A DNA stretch of 64,000 nt, taken from contig CAMARW010000005.1 in NCBI GenBank assembly GCA_945860865.1, positions 4,364-68,363 on the forward strand, read 5' to 3'. Numbering within the stretch: position 1 is the stretch's first letter; each line of letters opens with the position of its first letter. A model generated the notes under the pieces. That model searched no databases. It was not told the origin of the DNA and worked only from the letters and a program-made list of their open reading frames with translations. Source of the stretch: Chitinophaga pinensis. Its GTDB lineage: Bacteria > Bacteroidota > Bacteroidia > UKL13-3. This document shows positions 10,134-20,680 of the stretch, piece after piece. Position numbers and translations under genes: made by a program.

Positions 10134-11117
10134 ATGGCAAAAGTAACAATAGACGGTAGAACAATTGAGGTTCCAGATGGAACTACCATCTTGCAGGCAG
10201 CAAGAATGATTGGGCCAGAAGTGGCGCCGCCAACCATGTGCTATTATAGCAAACTTAAAACCAGTGGTGGGTATTGCCGTACCTGCTTGGTTGAGGTAAC
10301 AAAAGGTTCTGAAAAAGACCCAAGGCCAATGCCCAAATTGGTAGCTTCTTGCCGAACCAATGTAATGGATGGCATGGAGGTTGGTAATGTAACTTCGCCT
10401 AAGGTAACAGAAGCCAGAAAGGGTGTGGTAGAATTCTTATTATTAAACCATCCACTCGATTGCCCTATCTGCGACCAAGCGGGCGAGTGCCATTTGCAAG
10501 ACCTTTCTTATGAGCATGGGTCAAGTAAAACCCGTACCGATTTTGAACGCAGAACTTTCGAAAAAATAGATATCGGCGAAAAAATTCAGTTACACATGAC
10601 GCGTTGTATCCTCTGCTACCGTTGTGTAAAAGTAGCCAATCAAATTACCGATGGTAGGGTACATGGAGTTATCAATCGTGGCGACCATTCTGAAATTTCT
10701 ACCTATGTGCAACAAGCTGTAGATAATGATTTCTCGGGTAACGTAATTGATGTTTGTCCGGTTGGCGCCCTTACAGATAAAACTTTTAGGTTTAAAAGTA
10801 GAGTATGGTTTACAAAGCCAGTGAATGCCCATAGAAATTGCGAAAAGTGCAGCGGCAAAGTGAATCTTTGGTATAAGGGTGAAGAAGTTTTGCGCGTTAC
10901 GGGTAGAAAAGATCAGTGGGGAGAGGTAGAAGAGTTTATCTGTAATACGTGTAGGTTCGACAAGAAAAATACCAGTGATTGGACCGTAGAAGGTCCTACT
11001 GCTGTGAATAGGCATTCTGTTATTTCTGCTAATCATTATGAGGTTTTTAAGCAGCCAACTGAGTTTAAGTTAAATGTGGTTAAACCTTTATCTATAGAAG
11101 AAGGAGAGCAAGCATGA
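10134..11117 (+). CDS. nuoG: NADH-quinone oxidoreductase subunit G (short, Fe-S module only)
   Basis: CRTCLVEV, HPLDCPICDQAGEC, RCILCYRCV, CPVGAL; position in operon. Confidence 0.92.
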   Translation: MAKVTIDGRTIEVPDGTTILQAARMIGPEVAPPTMCYYSKLKTSGGYCRTCLVEVTKGSEKDPRPMPKLVASCRTNVMDGMEVGNVTSPKVTEARKGVVEFLLLNHPLDCPICDQAGECHLQDLSYEHGSSKTRTDFERRTFEKIDIGEKIQLHMTRCILCYRCVKVANQITDGRVHGVINRGDHSEISTYVQQAVDNDFSGNVIDVCPVGALTDKTFRFKSRVWFTKPVNAHRNCEKCSGKVNLWYKGEEVLRVTGRKDQWGEVEEFICNTCRFDKKNTSDWTVEGPTAVNRHSVISANHYEVFKQPTEFKLNVVKPLSIEEGEQA

Positions 11118-12178
11118 GTGTAGTTTTATTTAAAGCCATATTGGTTGTTTTGTTGTTTTTAATTAGCTTAGGAATTGCTGCCTACAGCACCTACGCCGAG
11201 AGAAAGGTTGCCGCTTTTTTGCAAGATAGAATTGGCCCAGATAGAGCAGGTCCGTTTGGTTTATTGCAGCCCATTGCAGATGGTGTGAAGATGTTTTTAA
11301 AGGAAGAAATTATTCCTACCCTATCTGATAAATTTCTATTTATCCTTGGCCCAAGTATTTTTATGGTTACCACGCTTATGGTTTCTGCGGTTATCCCATG
11401 GGGAATGCCGCTAGAGTTTGGTGGAGAAATATATGCCTTGCAAGTTGCCGATATAAACATTGGTATTTTATATATTCTGGGGGTTGTTTCTTTGGGTGTT
11501 TATGGTATTATGATTGGAGGCTGGGCTTCTAATAATAAATATGCTTTATTGGGTGCCATTCGCGCTAGTAGCCAAATGATTAGTTATGAATTGGCAATGG
11601 GTATGAGTGTGGTGGCCATTTTATTAATGACCAATGGTTCATTAAGTTTAAACAATATTGTTGAAGCGCAAGGAACAGGAAAGCTTTATGGCTTTATTAA
11701 TGTTTCTGGCATGAACTGGAACGTGTTTTACCAACCCGTTGCCTTTTTAATATTTTTAATTTGTGCTTTTGCCGAAGCCAATAGAACACCTTTTGATTTA
11801 CCTGAATCGGAATCTGAATTAATTGGAGGTTTCCATACAGAATACTCTTCTATGAAACTGGGATTGTACTTATTTGGAGAATACATTAACATGTTTATCT
11901 CTTCTGCAGTTATCTCTTGCTTGTTCTTTGGCGGTTATAATTTTCCTGGAATAGATTATTTAGGAACTATTTTGCCTCATAATATTGTAAGTATCATTAG
12001 CTTATTAGTGATGTTTGGTAAGATATTTTTCTTCATATTTTTGTTTATGTGGGTTCGTTGGACAATCCCGAGGTTTCGTTACGATCAATTGATGCGCTTG
12101 GGTTGGCAAATATTAATGCCAATTGCCATTGTAAATGTTCTATTAACCGCAGCCGCCATTACACTTTTTGGAAATTAA
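11114..12178 (+). CDS. nuoH: NADH-quinone oxidoreductase subunit H
   Basis: ERKVAA..QDRIGP, AEANRTPFDLPE, PRFRYDQLM. Confidence 0.97.
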   Translation: MSVVLFKAILVVLLFLISLGIAAYSTYAERKVAAFLQDRIGPDRAGPFGLLQPIADGVKMFLKEEIIPTLSDKFLFILGPSIFMVTTLMVSAVIPWGMPLEFGGEIYALQVADINIGILYILGVVSLGVYGIMIGGWASNNKYALLGAIRASSQMISYELAMGMSVVAILLMTNGSLSLNNIVEAQGTGKLYGFINVSGMNWNVFYQPVAFLIFLICAFAEANRTPFDLPESESELIGGFHTEYSSMKLGLYLFGEYINMFISSAVISCLFFGGYNFPGIDYLGTILPHNIVSIISLLVMFGKIFFFIFLFMWVRWTIPRFRYDQLMRLGWQILMPIAIVNVLLTAAAITLFGN

Positions 12179-12200
12179 TTAATCCTGAACCAAACGTTTT

Positions 12201-12731
12201 ATGCAATTAACAAATAGATCAAAAGTAGTTACCCAACCAGAAATGACCTGGGTAGAAAAGTTATATTTACCAGCCATTTTCTCTGGTTTACAAATTACTA
12301 TAAAGCACCTTTTTAGAAAGAAGGCAACACTTAAATACCCAGAGGTTCAAAAGGCTTTTGCGCCTGTTTACAGGGGTATGCACGTGTTAAAGCGCGATGA
12401 ACAAGGTAGAGAAAATTGTACCGCTTGTGGCTTGTGCGCTGTATCTTGTCCGGCCGAAGCCATTACAATGGATGCCGCCGAGCGCAAAAAAGGGGAAGAA
12501 CATTTGTACCGCGAAGAAAAATATGCAGCCAAATATGAAATAAACATGCTGCGTTGCATTTATTGCGGATTATGCGAAGAGGCTTGTCCAAAAGATGCAA
12601 TTTACCTTACTGATAGAATTGTTCCTTCAGAGTATACACGCGGCGAATTTGTGTTTGGGAAAGATATGCTCGTTGAGAAAATAGAGGAAAGAGTAGATAT
12701 TAGTAAAAGGCAAAAAAATTATACTATTTAA
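12201..12731 (+). CDS. nuoI: NADH-quinone oxidoreductase subunit I
   Basis: Two CxxCxxCxxxCP ferredoxin motifs. Confidence 0.96.
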   Translation: MQLTNRSKVVTQPEMTWVEKLYLPAIFSGLQITIKHLFRKKATLKYPEVQKAFAPVYRGMHVLKRDEQGRENCTACGLCAVSCPAEAITMDAAERKKGEEHLYREEKYAAKYEINMLRCIYCGLCEEACPKDAIYLTDRIVPSEYTRGEFVFGKDMLVEKIEERVDISKRQKNYTI

Positions 12732-12772
12732 GCTGTTGTTAAAACGGTAAACCTAATGATAAAGAATCTGTA

Positions 12773-13273
12773 ATGAATAGTCAAATAATATTTTTTATAC
12801 TGGCAGCGCTCTCAATTATGAGTGCCCTGTTTGTTGTGTTTTCTAAGAATCCTATCTATAGTGTAATATGGCTTATTGTGTGTTTTTTTACCATAGCTGG
12901 TCACTATATTATGCTTAATGCCCAATTTTTAGCTATTGTGCATATCATAGTTTATGCCGGTGCCATTATGGTATTGATGCTATTTACGGTAATGTTACTC
13001 AATCTAAATAAGGCAACCGAACCGCATAAACCTTTGTTGTATAAGGTTGCAGCCATGGTAAGTGGTGGCTTAATGTTGTTGGTTTTGTTGGCCAGTATGC
13101 GCTCTACAGAATTGGGTCCTTATGCTGCACCTGCCTATTCAGAATCTGGCTTTGTGCAGAATGTGGGTATGGTTTTATTTACAGAGTTTTTATTGCCCTT
13201 TGAGATGACATCGGTATTGTTTATTGCAGCCATGATTGGTGCAGTTGTTTTAGCTAAAAAGGAGATTCATTAA
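12773..13273 (+). CDS. nuoJ: NADH-quinone oxidoreductase subunit J
   Basis: IVYAGAIMVL, LLPFE, AMIGAVVL. Confidence 0.95.
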   Translation: MNSQIIFFILAALSIMSALFVVFSKNPIYSVIWLIVCFFTIAGHYIMLNAQFLAIVHIIVYAGAIMVLMLFTVMLLNLNKATEPHKPLLYKVAAMVSGGLMLLVLLASMRSTELGPYAAPAYSESGFVQNVGMVLFTEFLLPFEMTSVLFIAAMIGAVVLAKKEIH

Positions 13274-13596
13274 TGGAAACAAATATGTTACAAGCAAATC
13301 CGCAAAATTGGTATTTGGTATTAAGCACCATACTTTTTTCTATTGGAGTGATGGGTGTTTTAATGCGTAGAAATGCACTAATTATTCTCATGTGTATTGA
13401 GTTAATGCTTAATTCTGTAAACTTACTTTTGGTTAGTTTTTCTGCTTATGCGGGTAATTCTGAGGGACAAGTTTTTGTGTTCTTTATTATGGTGGTGGCA
13501 GCAGCAGAAGTGGCCGTTGGATTAGCCTTATTGGTTAGTATTTACCGCAACTTGGCTACCACAGATATTGATGTACTAAGCAAATTAAAATGGTAG
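13273..13596 (+). CDS. nuoK: NADH-quinone oxidoreductase subunit K
   Basis: RRNALIILMCIELMLN, AAAEVAVGLA. Confidence 0.96.
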   Translation: METNMLQANPQNWYLVLSTILFSIGVMGVLMRRNALIILMCIELMLNSVNLLLVSFSAYAGNSEGQVFVFFIMVVAAAEVAVGLALLVSIYRNLATTDIDVLSKLKW

Positions 13597-13612
13597 GAGC
13601 ATTTAATTTATA

Positions 13613-15538
13613 ATGATGGAAAACTTATTAGAACTTACAAATTTAATTGCCCCTGCTACCTGGGTGCCTTTGTTTCCCTTGATTGGATTTTTAATAATTG
13701 CCTTATTTGGCAAACAACTAAAATCTGTTTCGGGCTGGTTGGCAAGCGCCATGATACTCGTTTCTTTTGCACTCACCTGCTATTTATTTCTCAATTTACC
13801 CGATAATAAAGATTTAAACTTCGAACTATTTCAATGGATGAAGTGGGGAAATATAACCTTGTCATTTGGCTGGTTGATTGATCATTTGTCGCTGGTAATG
13901 ATGCTCGTAATTACTGGTATTGGATTTTTAATTCACCTGTATTCTATTGGTTACATGCACCACGATGAGGGTTTTAGTCGCTTCTTCTCTTACCTGAACC
14001 TATTTATTTTCTTCATGCTTTTATTGGTAATGGGAAATAGCTACCTCATTATGTTTATTGGTTGGGAGGGTGTAGGTTTAGCCTCTTACTTATTAATTGG
14101 CTTTTGGTTTAAAAATGATGCGTATAATGATGCCGCTAAAAAGGCATTTATTATGAACCGAATAGGAGATTTAGGTTTCTTATTAGCCATGTTCTTTATG
14201 TTGTTTCATTTTGGTGGATTAGATTACCTTACTGTTAATGAAGCTGCTAGTAAATTAGGATTAGGTACGCTATTAATTACATCCATTACTTTATTGCTTT
14301 TTGTAGGTGCTATGGGCAAGAGTGCACAAATTCCTTTGTATACTTGGTTGCCAGATGCAATGGCCGGACCAACACCCGTATCTGCTTTAATACACGCAGC
14401 AACCATGGTTACGGCTGGTATTTATATGATTGCCCGTTCTAATATCTTGTTTGCCATGGCTCCACATACAATGGATGTGGTAATGTGGGTAGGTGTGGCC
14501 ACATCTATTTTTGCAGCCGTTATAGGCATGAAACAAAATGATATCAAGAAAGTATTGGCTTATTCAACTGTTTCGCAGCTTGGATTAATGTTTGCCGCAC
14601 TCGGAATGGGTGCTTTTGAAAGCGGTATGTTCCATGTGGTAACACACGCATTCTTTAAGGCATTATTATTCCTAGGTGCCGGTTCTGTAATACACGCCAT
14701 GAGCGGCGAACAAGATATCAGAAACATGGGTGGTTTGTCTAAATATATCAAACTTACTTGGTTTACCTTCTTAATTGGTACCCTTGCTATTTCTGGAATA
14801 TTTCCGTTTTCTGGGTTCTTCTCTAAAGATGAGATTTTGGCCAATGCCTTCAACGGACATACATTGGTTTGGATACTTTTAAGTATTAGTTCTATGATGA
14901 CAGCCTTTTACATGTTTAGGTTGTTTTTCTTAACTTTTAGCAGAGATTTTAGAGGTACCGAAGACCAGAAATCGCATTTGCATGAATCTCCATGGACCAT
15001 GACTGTTCCATTAATTGTATTATCTGTTTTTGCTGTTATTGCAGGATTTTGGGGATTGCCGGTGGTGTTTTCAGAAACACATGTATTTGCTAATTATTTA
15101 GCACCCATTTTTGCAGAATCAAAGAATATTTTAACGGCACATGCCCATTTAGACCATAGCACAGAATGGATGTTAATGGGTATTGCCACCCTAGCAGCTT
15201 TAATGAGCATTGGTTTAGCCTACTACTTTTACATACAATCTAAGTTATTGCCTGAACCAGATGCAGAAACCAAAGGATTTGCCAAATGGGTAGCAGATAA
15301 GTTTTACATAGATGAGCTTTATGATAAAGTATTTGTAAGACCCATGATGGTGTTGAGTGATTTATTCTATGTATTGGTAGATAAATTGGTGGTAGATTTA
15401 TTAGTAATGGCCAGTGCCTGGATTGTTGGTTTTACCGGAAGAACCATTCGTTTGGTTCAAACCGGAAATACGGGTTTGTATTTGTTTTTGATGGTTATTG
15501 GAATGATGGTTTTTATGTTTATTCAATTAGTGTATTAA
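13613..15538 (+). CDS. nuoL: NADH-quinone oxidoreductase subunit L
   Basis: GWEGVG, NRIGD, GKSAQIPLYTWLPDAMAGPTPVSALIHAATMV. Confidence 0.97.
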   Translation: MMENLLELTNLIAPATWVPLFPLIGFLIIALFGKQLKSVSGWLASAMILVSFALTCYLFLNLPDNKDLNFELFQWMKWGNITLSFGWLIDHLSLVMMLVITGIGFLIHLYSIGYMHHDEGFSRFFSYLNLFIFFMLLLVMGNSYLIMFIGWEGVGLASYLLIGFWFKNDAYNDAAKKAFIMNRIGDLGFLLAMFFMLFHFGGLDYLTVNEAASKLGLGTLLITSITLLLFVGAMGKSAQIPLYTWLPDAMAGPTPVSALIHAATMVTAGIYMIARSNILFAMAPHTMDVVMWVGVATSIFAAVIGMKQNDIKKVLAYSTVSQLGLMFAALGMGAFESGMFHVVTHAFFKALLFLGAGSVIHAMSGEQDIRNMGGLSKYIKLTWFTFLIGTLAISGIFPFSGFFSKDEILANAFNGHTLVWILLSISSMMTAFYMFRLFFLTFSRDFRGTEDQKSHLHESPWTMTVPLIVLSVFAVIAGFWGLPVVFSETHVFANYLAPIFAESKNILTAHAHLDHSTEWMLMGIATLAALMSIGLAYYFYIQSKLLPEPDAETKGFAKWVADKFYIDELYDKVFVRPMMVLSDLFYVLVDKLVVDLLVMASAWIVGFTGRTIRLVQTGNTGLYLFLMVIGMMVFMFIQLVY

Positions 15539-16972
15539 ATGCTTAGTTTAACTCTTTTATCTATACCGCTGATTGCTGCCATCCTGTTATTGTTTAGCAG
15601 GGGCAATCTAAGCCGAAACCTGGCCTTGGTGTTTACCTTGGTGCAATTGGTTTTTACCGTTTACGCCTATACGGTGTTTAAAAATGAAGGCGCACAAGCT
15701 TTTGAGTTTCTCGCTAGCTGGTCGGTTAAGCCTGTGCTAAACATACATTTTGCTATGGATGGCATGAGCTTGGTTATGATTATGCTCACCAATTTACTAT
15801 TGCCACTTATTGTATTAAGCGGATATAACCGCGAATTGGAGCGTGCACACATATTTTACAGTTTAATGCTGTTTATGCAATTTGCTTTAAATGGTGTGTT
15901 CATTTCATTTGATGGATTTATTTACTATATCTTCTGGGAATTAGCGCTAATCCCTATTTATTTTATCTCTTTTAATTGGGGAGGAGAGGGTAGAGCCAAG
16001 GTTACATTAAAGTTCTTTATATACACCTTAGCGGGTAGTTTATTGATGCTTTTTGCCTTCTTGTTTTTATACAATGGTACTCCGCAACACTCACTAGATT
16101 GGGGTTTTTTAAGCTCAAATCCGTCTTGTAGTTGTAACCAAACTTGGTTGTTTTGGCTGTTTTTTATTGCCTTTGCCATTAAAATTCCTATCATTCCTTT
16201 TCATACTTGGCAGCCAGATACCTATGCAACTGCGCCCACACAAGGTACGATGTTGTTATCGGGTATTATGCTTAAAATGGGTACCTATAGTTTGTTGCGT
16301 TGGTTGCTACCAATAGTTCCGGCAGGTGTAGCAGAGTGGCAATATGTAGCTATTACATTAAGTGTAATTGGAATCGTTTATGCCTCGGTAATAGCCATTA
16401 TGCAAAAAGACTTAAAGCGTTTATTGGCTTACTCATCTATTGCCCACGTTGGCTTAATTAGTGCAGGTATTTTTGCTTTCAACCTAAGCGGATTTCAAGG
16501 TAGCATGGTGCAAATGTTTGCTCATGGTATTAATGTGGTAGGTTTATTTTATTGTGCAGATATTATTATGAACCGAACCAAACACGGCGAAATAGAAGGC
16601 TTAGGCGGTATCAGATTGGTAGCGCCGCAATTTGCAACTTGGTTTATGATTATTATTTTAGGTTCGGTTGCCTTGCCATTAACCAATGGATTTGTAGGGG
16701 AGTTTATGCTTTTGTTTAGCGTTTACCAATACAATACTTGGCTCGCTGTTTTTGCTGGTTTAACCATTATTTTAGGTGCCGTTTACATGTTACGTATGTA
16801 CCAGAAAATGGTTTTAGGTTCAGCCATTAAAGAAAATATGGTTTTTCCGGATTTATATTGGAACGAAAAAATTGTTTTGGTAACCATCGGTATATTAATT
16901 TTTGTGATGGGTATTTTTCCTAGACCAATCATGGAGCTTACAGAACCAGTTTTGAAAAACTTAATTAAATAA
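15539..16972 (+). CDS. nuoM: NADH-quinone oxidoreductase subunit M
   Basis: FWEL, KIPIIPFHTW, LKMGTY, AYSSIAH, FVGEF. Confidence 0.96.
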   Translation: MLSLTLLSIPLIAAILLLFSRGNLSRNLALVFTLVQLVFTVYAYTVFKNEGAQAFEFLASWSVKPVLNIHFAMDGMSLVMIMLTNLLLPLIVLSGYNRELERAHIFYSLMLFMQFALNGVFISFDGFIYYIFWELALIPIYFISFNWGGEGRAKVTLKFFIYTLAGSLLMLFAFLFLYNGTPQHSLDWGFLSSNPSCSCNQTWLFWLFFIAFAIKIPIIPFHTWQPDTYATAPTQGTMLLSGIMLKMGTYSLLRWLLPIVPAGVAEWQYVAITLSVIGIVYASVIAIMQKDLKRLLAYSSIAHVGLISAGIFAFNLSGFQGSMVQMFAHGINVVGLFYCADIIMNRTKHGEIEGLGGIRLVAPQFATWFMIIILGSVALPLTNGFVGEFMLLFSVYQYNTWLAVFAGLTIILGAVYMLRMYQKMVLGSAIKENMVFPDLYWNEKIVLVTIGILIFVMGIFPRPIMELTEPVLKNLIK

Positions 16973-16978
16973 CACCAC

Positions 16979-18355
16979 GTGAATACATTAATCTATACAG
17001 CAATATTGGGATTTCTTTGCATGGTGCTCGAAATCTTTAATGTAAGAAAACTCATTGTGCCAGCATTAGTGCTTGGTTTAGCATTAATTTTTGGCTTGAA
17101 CCTAAACGATTGGAATAGCAACCAAAGTTTCTTTAATAACATGGTTCGCATTGATAATTTTTCGGTGGCATTTAGTGGCTTGGCCATTTTTGTAACGCTA
17201 CTTATTTTTATAATGGCAACCGATTTTTATGCAGAAGACCAAAATCACATCAGCGATTATATGTCTATACTTACCTTTATTTTGGTAGGCGCCCTGATGA
17301 TGTTTAACTATGCTAATTTAACTATGTTGTTTTTGGGTATCGAAACTTTGTCTATCGCTTTATATGTGATGGCCGGTAGCAAAAGATTTGATATTCGTTC
17401 TAATGAGGCCGGTTTTAAATACTTCCTAATGGGAAGTTTTGCCTCTGGGTTTTTACTTTTTGGTATTGCTTTAATTTTTGGTGCTAGTGGTAGTTTTGAT
17501 TTAGCAAAAATTGCTGATTATACCATTCAGAACCAGCAAAACATTTCTCCATTGTTCTATACAGGCATGTTCTTGGTTGTTTTTGCCATGTTATTTAAAG
17601 TATCTGCCGCTCCTTTTCATTTTTGGGCCCCAGATGTATACCATGGTTCTCCTGCTTTAGTTACAGCCTACATGAGCACTTTGGTAAAGATTGCAGCATT
17701 TGCCGCTTTTTATAAGCTCATGAGCACCACTTTCTTTTATTCTTTCGAAAAAATAGCTCCTGTTTTAAATGTTGTAGCCATTATAACTTTGGCTGTAGGT
17801 AATTTAATGGCTTTATCGCAAACTAATTTTAAGCGCCTTTTGGCTTACTCAGGTATTTCCCATGCGGGGTATTTGATGTTGGTTATATTAACAGCTAAAA
17901 ATCAAACGGCTGGAGCTTTATTTTACTATTCGTTGGCCTATGCATTGATTACTTTAGCTGCATTTGCGGTGGCCATACCTGTTTTTAAAGCAGCCAATTC
18001 AGAAGATATTGATGCCTTTAATGGCTTAGCTAAGAAAAATCCTATGCATGCTGCCGCACTTAGTATGGCAATGATTGGTTTAGCGGGTATACCTCCATTC
18101 GCAGGTTTTTTGGGTAAATACTATATTTTTACAGAAGCTTTACAAAGCGGGTATTTTTACACTACGCTTGTAGCCATATTTGCCTCAATGATTGGTGTTT
18201 ACTACTATTTTAAGGTAATCTTAGCTATGTATGGGCAACCAGCTAACGAGTCAAAAATGGAACAATCGTTCAATTATAACCTCGTTTTATGGGTTTGCTT
18301 GGCTTTAAGTGTTGTATTTGGCATTTTCCCTGGACCTATTTTAAACATTTTTTAA
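16979..18355 (+). CDS. nuoN: NADH-quinone oxidoreductase subunit N
   Basis: EAGFKYF, FKVSAAPFHFWAPDVY, GIPPFAGF; GTG start. Confidence 0.96.
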   Translation: MNTLIYTAILGFLCMVLEIFNVRKLIVPALVLGLALIFGLNLNDWNSNQSFFNNMVRIDNFSVAFSGLAIFVTLLIFIMATDFYAEDQNHISDYMSILTFILVGALMMFNYANLTMLFLGIETLSIALYVMAGSKRFDIRSNEAGFKYFLMGSFASGFLLFGIALIFGASGSFDLAKIADYTIQNQQNISPLFYTGMFLVVFAMLFKVSAAPFHFWAPDVYHGSPALVTAYMSTLVKIAAFAAFYKLMSTTFFYSFEKIAPVLNVVAIITLAVGNLMALSQTNFKRLLAYSGISHAGYLMLVILTAKNQTAGALFYYSLAYALITLAAFAVAIPVFKAANSEDIDAFNGLAKKNPMHAAALSMAMIGLAGIPPFAGFLGKYYIFTEALQSGYFYTTLVAIFASMIGVYYYFKVILAMYGQPANESKMEQSFNYNLVLWVCLALSVVFGIFPGPILNIF

Positions 18356-18477
18356 AGATTTTAGCGTTACCCATTTGTATGGAAATTTTAATTCATAATT
18401 AATTAATATATCCATCGACTTGCATATTCATAAATATTGACTTTTTTTGTAACAAATTAATTAAAAACATAATTCTC

Positions 18478-19302
18478 ATGAACAAGGTATCAACACCTCA
18501 GAAACAAAGCTCATTTAAAAGTAATTTTGCAGCTTTTACCATTCCAATCCTAGTAGTTACAGGTATTTTAATTTACAAGTTTGTTTTAGGCAATCCTTCT
18601 AACTTTGAAGGTGGAGATTCAAACAACCATCCAGTTCAAGAAGGAGTAGGTCATATTTTAGGTTTAATTTACAAAGGTGGATTCATTGTGCCAATCTTAT
18701 TATCGTTGGTTTTAATGAGTATTACTTTCTCTATTGAGCGTTTTTTAACTATCAATAAGGCACAAGGTACTTCAAGCGCAGAATCTTTTGTGCGTAAAGT
18801 ACAAGGTCATTTAAATGCAGGCAACGTGGATGCTGCTATTCAAGAGTGTGATAAGCAAAAAGGTTCTGTAGCCAATGTGGTTCGTGCCGCTTTAAATAAG
18901 TATAAAGAAATGGAAGGTAAATCTGATATGGATACCGACCATAAAATATTAGCCATCCAAAAAGAATTAGAAGAAGCTACAACATTAGAATTACCAATGT
19001 TAGAAAAGAACTTGGTAATTATCGCAACCATGGCTTCGGTTTCTACTTTGATCGCTTTATTAGGAACGGTAATTGGTATGATCAAGGCTTTCTCGGCTTT
19101 AGGTACTGGTGGAGCTCCAGATTCGGTTGGTTTAGCAAATGGTATCTCTGAAGCTTTAATTAACACAGCTTTGGGTATTGGTAACTCAGCTGTAGCTATT
19201 ATCATGTACAATGTGTTTACCACTAAAATTGATAAAATTACATTTACAATTGATGAGGCAGGTTATAGCATTGTGCAAACATTTGCTGAAAAGCATAAAT
19301 AA
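18478..19302 (+). CDS. exbB: MotA/TolQ/ExbB proton channel protein
   Basis: LLGTVIGMIKAF, GISEALINTALG. Confidence 0.92.
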   Translation: MNKVSTPQKQSSFKSNFAAFTIPILVVTGILIYKFVLGNPSNFEGGDSNNHPVQEGVGHILGLIYKGGFIVPILLSLVLMSITFSIERFLTINKAQGTSSAESFVRKVQGHLNAGNVDAAIQECDKQKGSVANVVRAALNKYKEMEGKSDMDTDHKILAIQKELEEATTLELPMLEKNLVIIATMASVSTLIALLGTVIGMIKAFSALGTGGAPDSVGLANGISEALINTALGIGNSAVAIIMYNVFTTKIDKITFTIDEAGYSIVQTFAEKHK

Positions 19303-19374
19303 ATTGCATTTTGGTTTGAACCCAAATGTTCTGTATTCAATTGATTCTAAATAATAATTTTAAAATAAAATACT

Positions 19375-19980
19375 ATGCCAAAGGTTAAAGTACCTCGTAA
19401 AAGTACCACGGTAGATATGACAGCCATGACGGATGTGGCTTTCTTGCTACTTACGTTCTTTATGTTGGCTACCCAATTCAAACCTGATGAGCCTGTAACG
19501 GTTAATGCACCTTCATCGGTAGCAGAGGTTCCTATTCCAGATGTAGATATCATGACTATCACCATTAGTGAAGATAGCAGGGTTTTCTTTAGCATGGAAG
19601 GACAACAGTATAAGCAAGAGTTAATTCAAAAAATGAGCGCTTTAAAACAAGTGCCATTCACCAATGAAGAGATAAAAGCATTTTCATTAATGTCGAGTTT
19701 TGGTGTTCCTTTTTCTCAATTAAAAGAACTCTTGGCTGTTAAATCTGAAGACCGTGCAAAATATAACCAAAGTGGTATTCCGTGCGATTCGTTAAATAAT
19801 GAATTGGGCGATTGGATATGGCAGGCTCGTTTGTCGAACAATAAAGTAAGGGTTGCTATCAAAGGCGATCAAAATTCAAATTTCCCTGTAATTAAGCAAG
19901 TAATTGCAACACTTCAGGAGAAAAAAGTTAATAGGTTTAATTTTATCACCAACATGTCTACCGAGGCAGTTGAACAATAA
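19375..19980 (+). CDS. exbD: Biopolymer transporter ExbD
   Basis: DMTAMTDVAFLLLTFFM transmembrane motif. Confidence 0.92.
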   Translation: MPKVKVPRKSTTVDMTAMTDVAFLLLTFFMLATQFKPDEPVTVNAPSSVAEVPIPDVDIMTITISEDSRVFFSMEGQQYKQELIQKMSALKQVPFTNEEIKAFSLMSSFGVPFSQLKELLAVKSEDRAKYNQSGIPCDSLNNELGDWIWQARLSNNKVRVAIKGDQNSNFPVIKQVIATLQEKKVNRFNFITNMSTEAVEQ

Positions 19981-19989
19981 TAAAAGCAA

Positions 19990-20679
19990 ATGGCAGAAAT
20001 AGAAGGCGGCGGCGGTGGTGGCCATAAAAAAGGTGGGAAACCAAAAGGGAAGAAAATGTCTACGCGTGTAGACTTTACTCCCATGGTAGATTTGGGCTTC
20101 TTGCTCATTACCTTCTTTATGTTAACAACCTCCATGAGTAAGCCAAAAACCATGGAAATTAACATGCCTGTAAAGGATGTTGAAGAAATACAAAAACAAA
20201 AAGTAAAGGCATCCCAAGCCATCACTTTATTGTTAGCTGAGAACGACCAAATCGTTTACTACTTTATTAATGAAACTACAGGAGAGCCAGAAACTCCTGT
20301 AATTACCAATTTTGGCAAGGGCGGAATTCGCGCTACCTTGCTTGGTAGAAACAAAGAATTGTTAGATAAAGCTAATAACAATAATTACGATTCTATTCCT
20401 GTTTTAAAGGAAATGTACAAACGTAATGAGATTCCTGAAGATGAGATGAAGCGCAGAATTGCCGGTATCAAAGCCAATAAAGATGCGCTTATCGTAGTTA
20501 TTAAAGCAGATGATAAAGCTAAATACCGCAATTTAGTTGATATATTAGATGAAATGCTTATTTGTAATATTGGTAGGTACGCCATCGTTGATATTAGTGA
20601 TATTGAAATTGATCTAATTAAAACGGCTATGGCTACAACTGCCAGCGCAGCGCCAACCGTAACTCCTAATACCAAATAA
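19990..20679 (+). CDS. exbD: Biopolymer transporter ExbD (second paralog)
   Basis: VDFTPMVDLGFLLITFFM, YRNLVDILDEM. Confidence 0.92.
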   Translation: MAEIEGGGGGGHKKGGKPKGKKMSTRVDFTPMVDLGFLLITFFMLTTSMSKPKTMEINMPVKDVEEIQKQKVKASQAITLLLAENDQIVYYFINETTGEPETPVITNFGKGGIRATLLGRNKELLDKANNNNYDSIPVLKEMYKRNEIPEDEMKRRIAGIKANKDALIVVIKADDKAKYRNLVDILDEMLICNIGRYAIVDISDIEIDLIKTAMATTASAAPTVTPNTK

Positions 20680-20680
20680 T

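Noticed and set aside
10134..11117. NuoG of only 327 aa as a possible pseudogene
   Set aside because: Fe-S motifs are intact, the stop overlaps the nuoH start, and short NuoG is normal in this phylum
20004..20030. GGC/GGT run in the second exbD and Pro-rich repeats in tonB
   Set aside because: Ordinary low-complexity protein linkers
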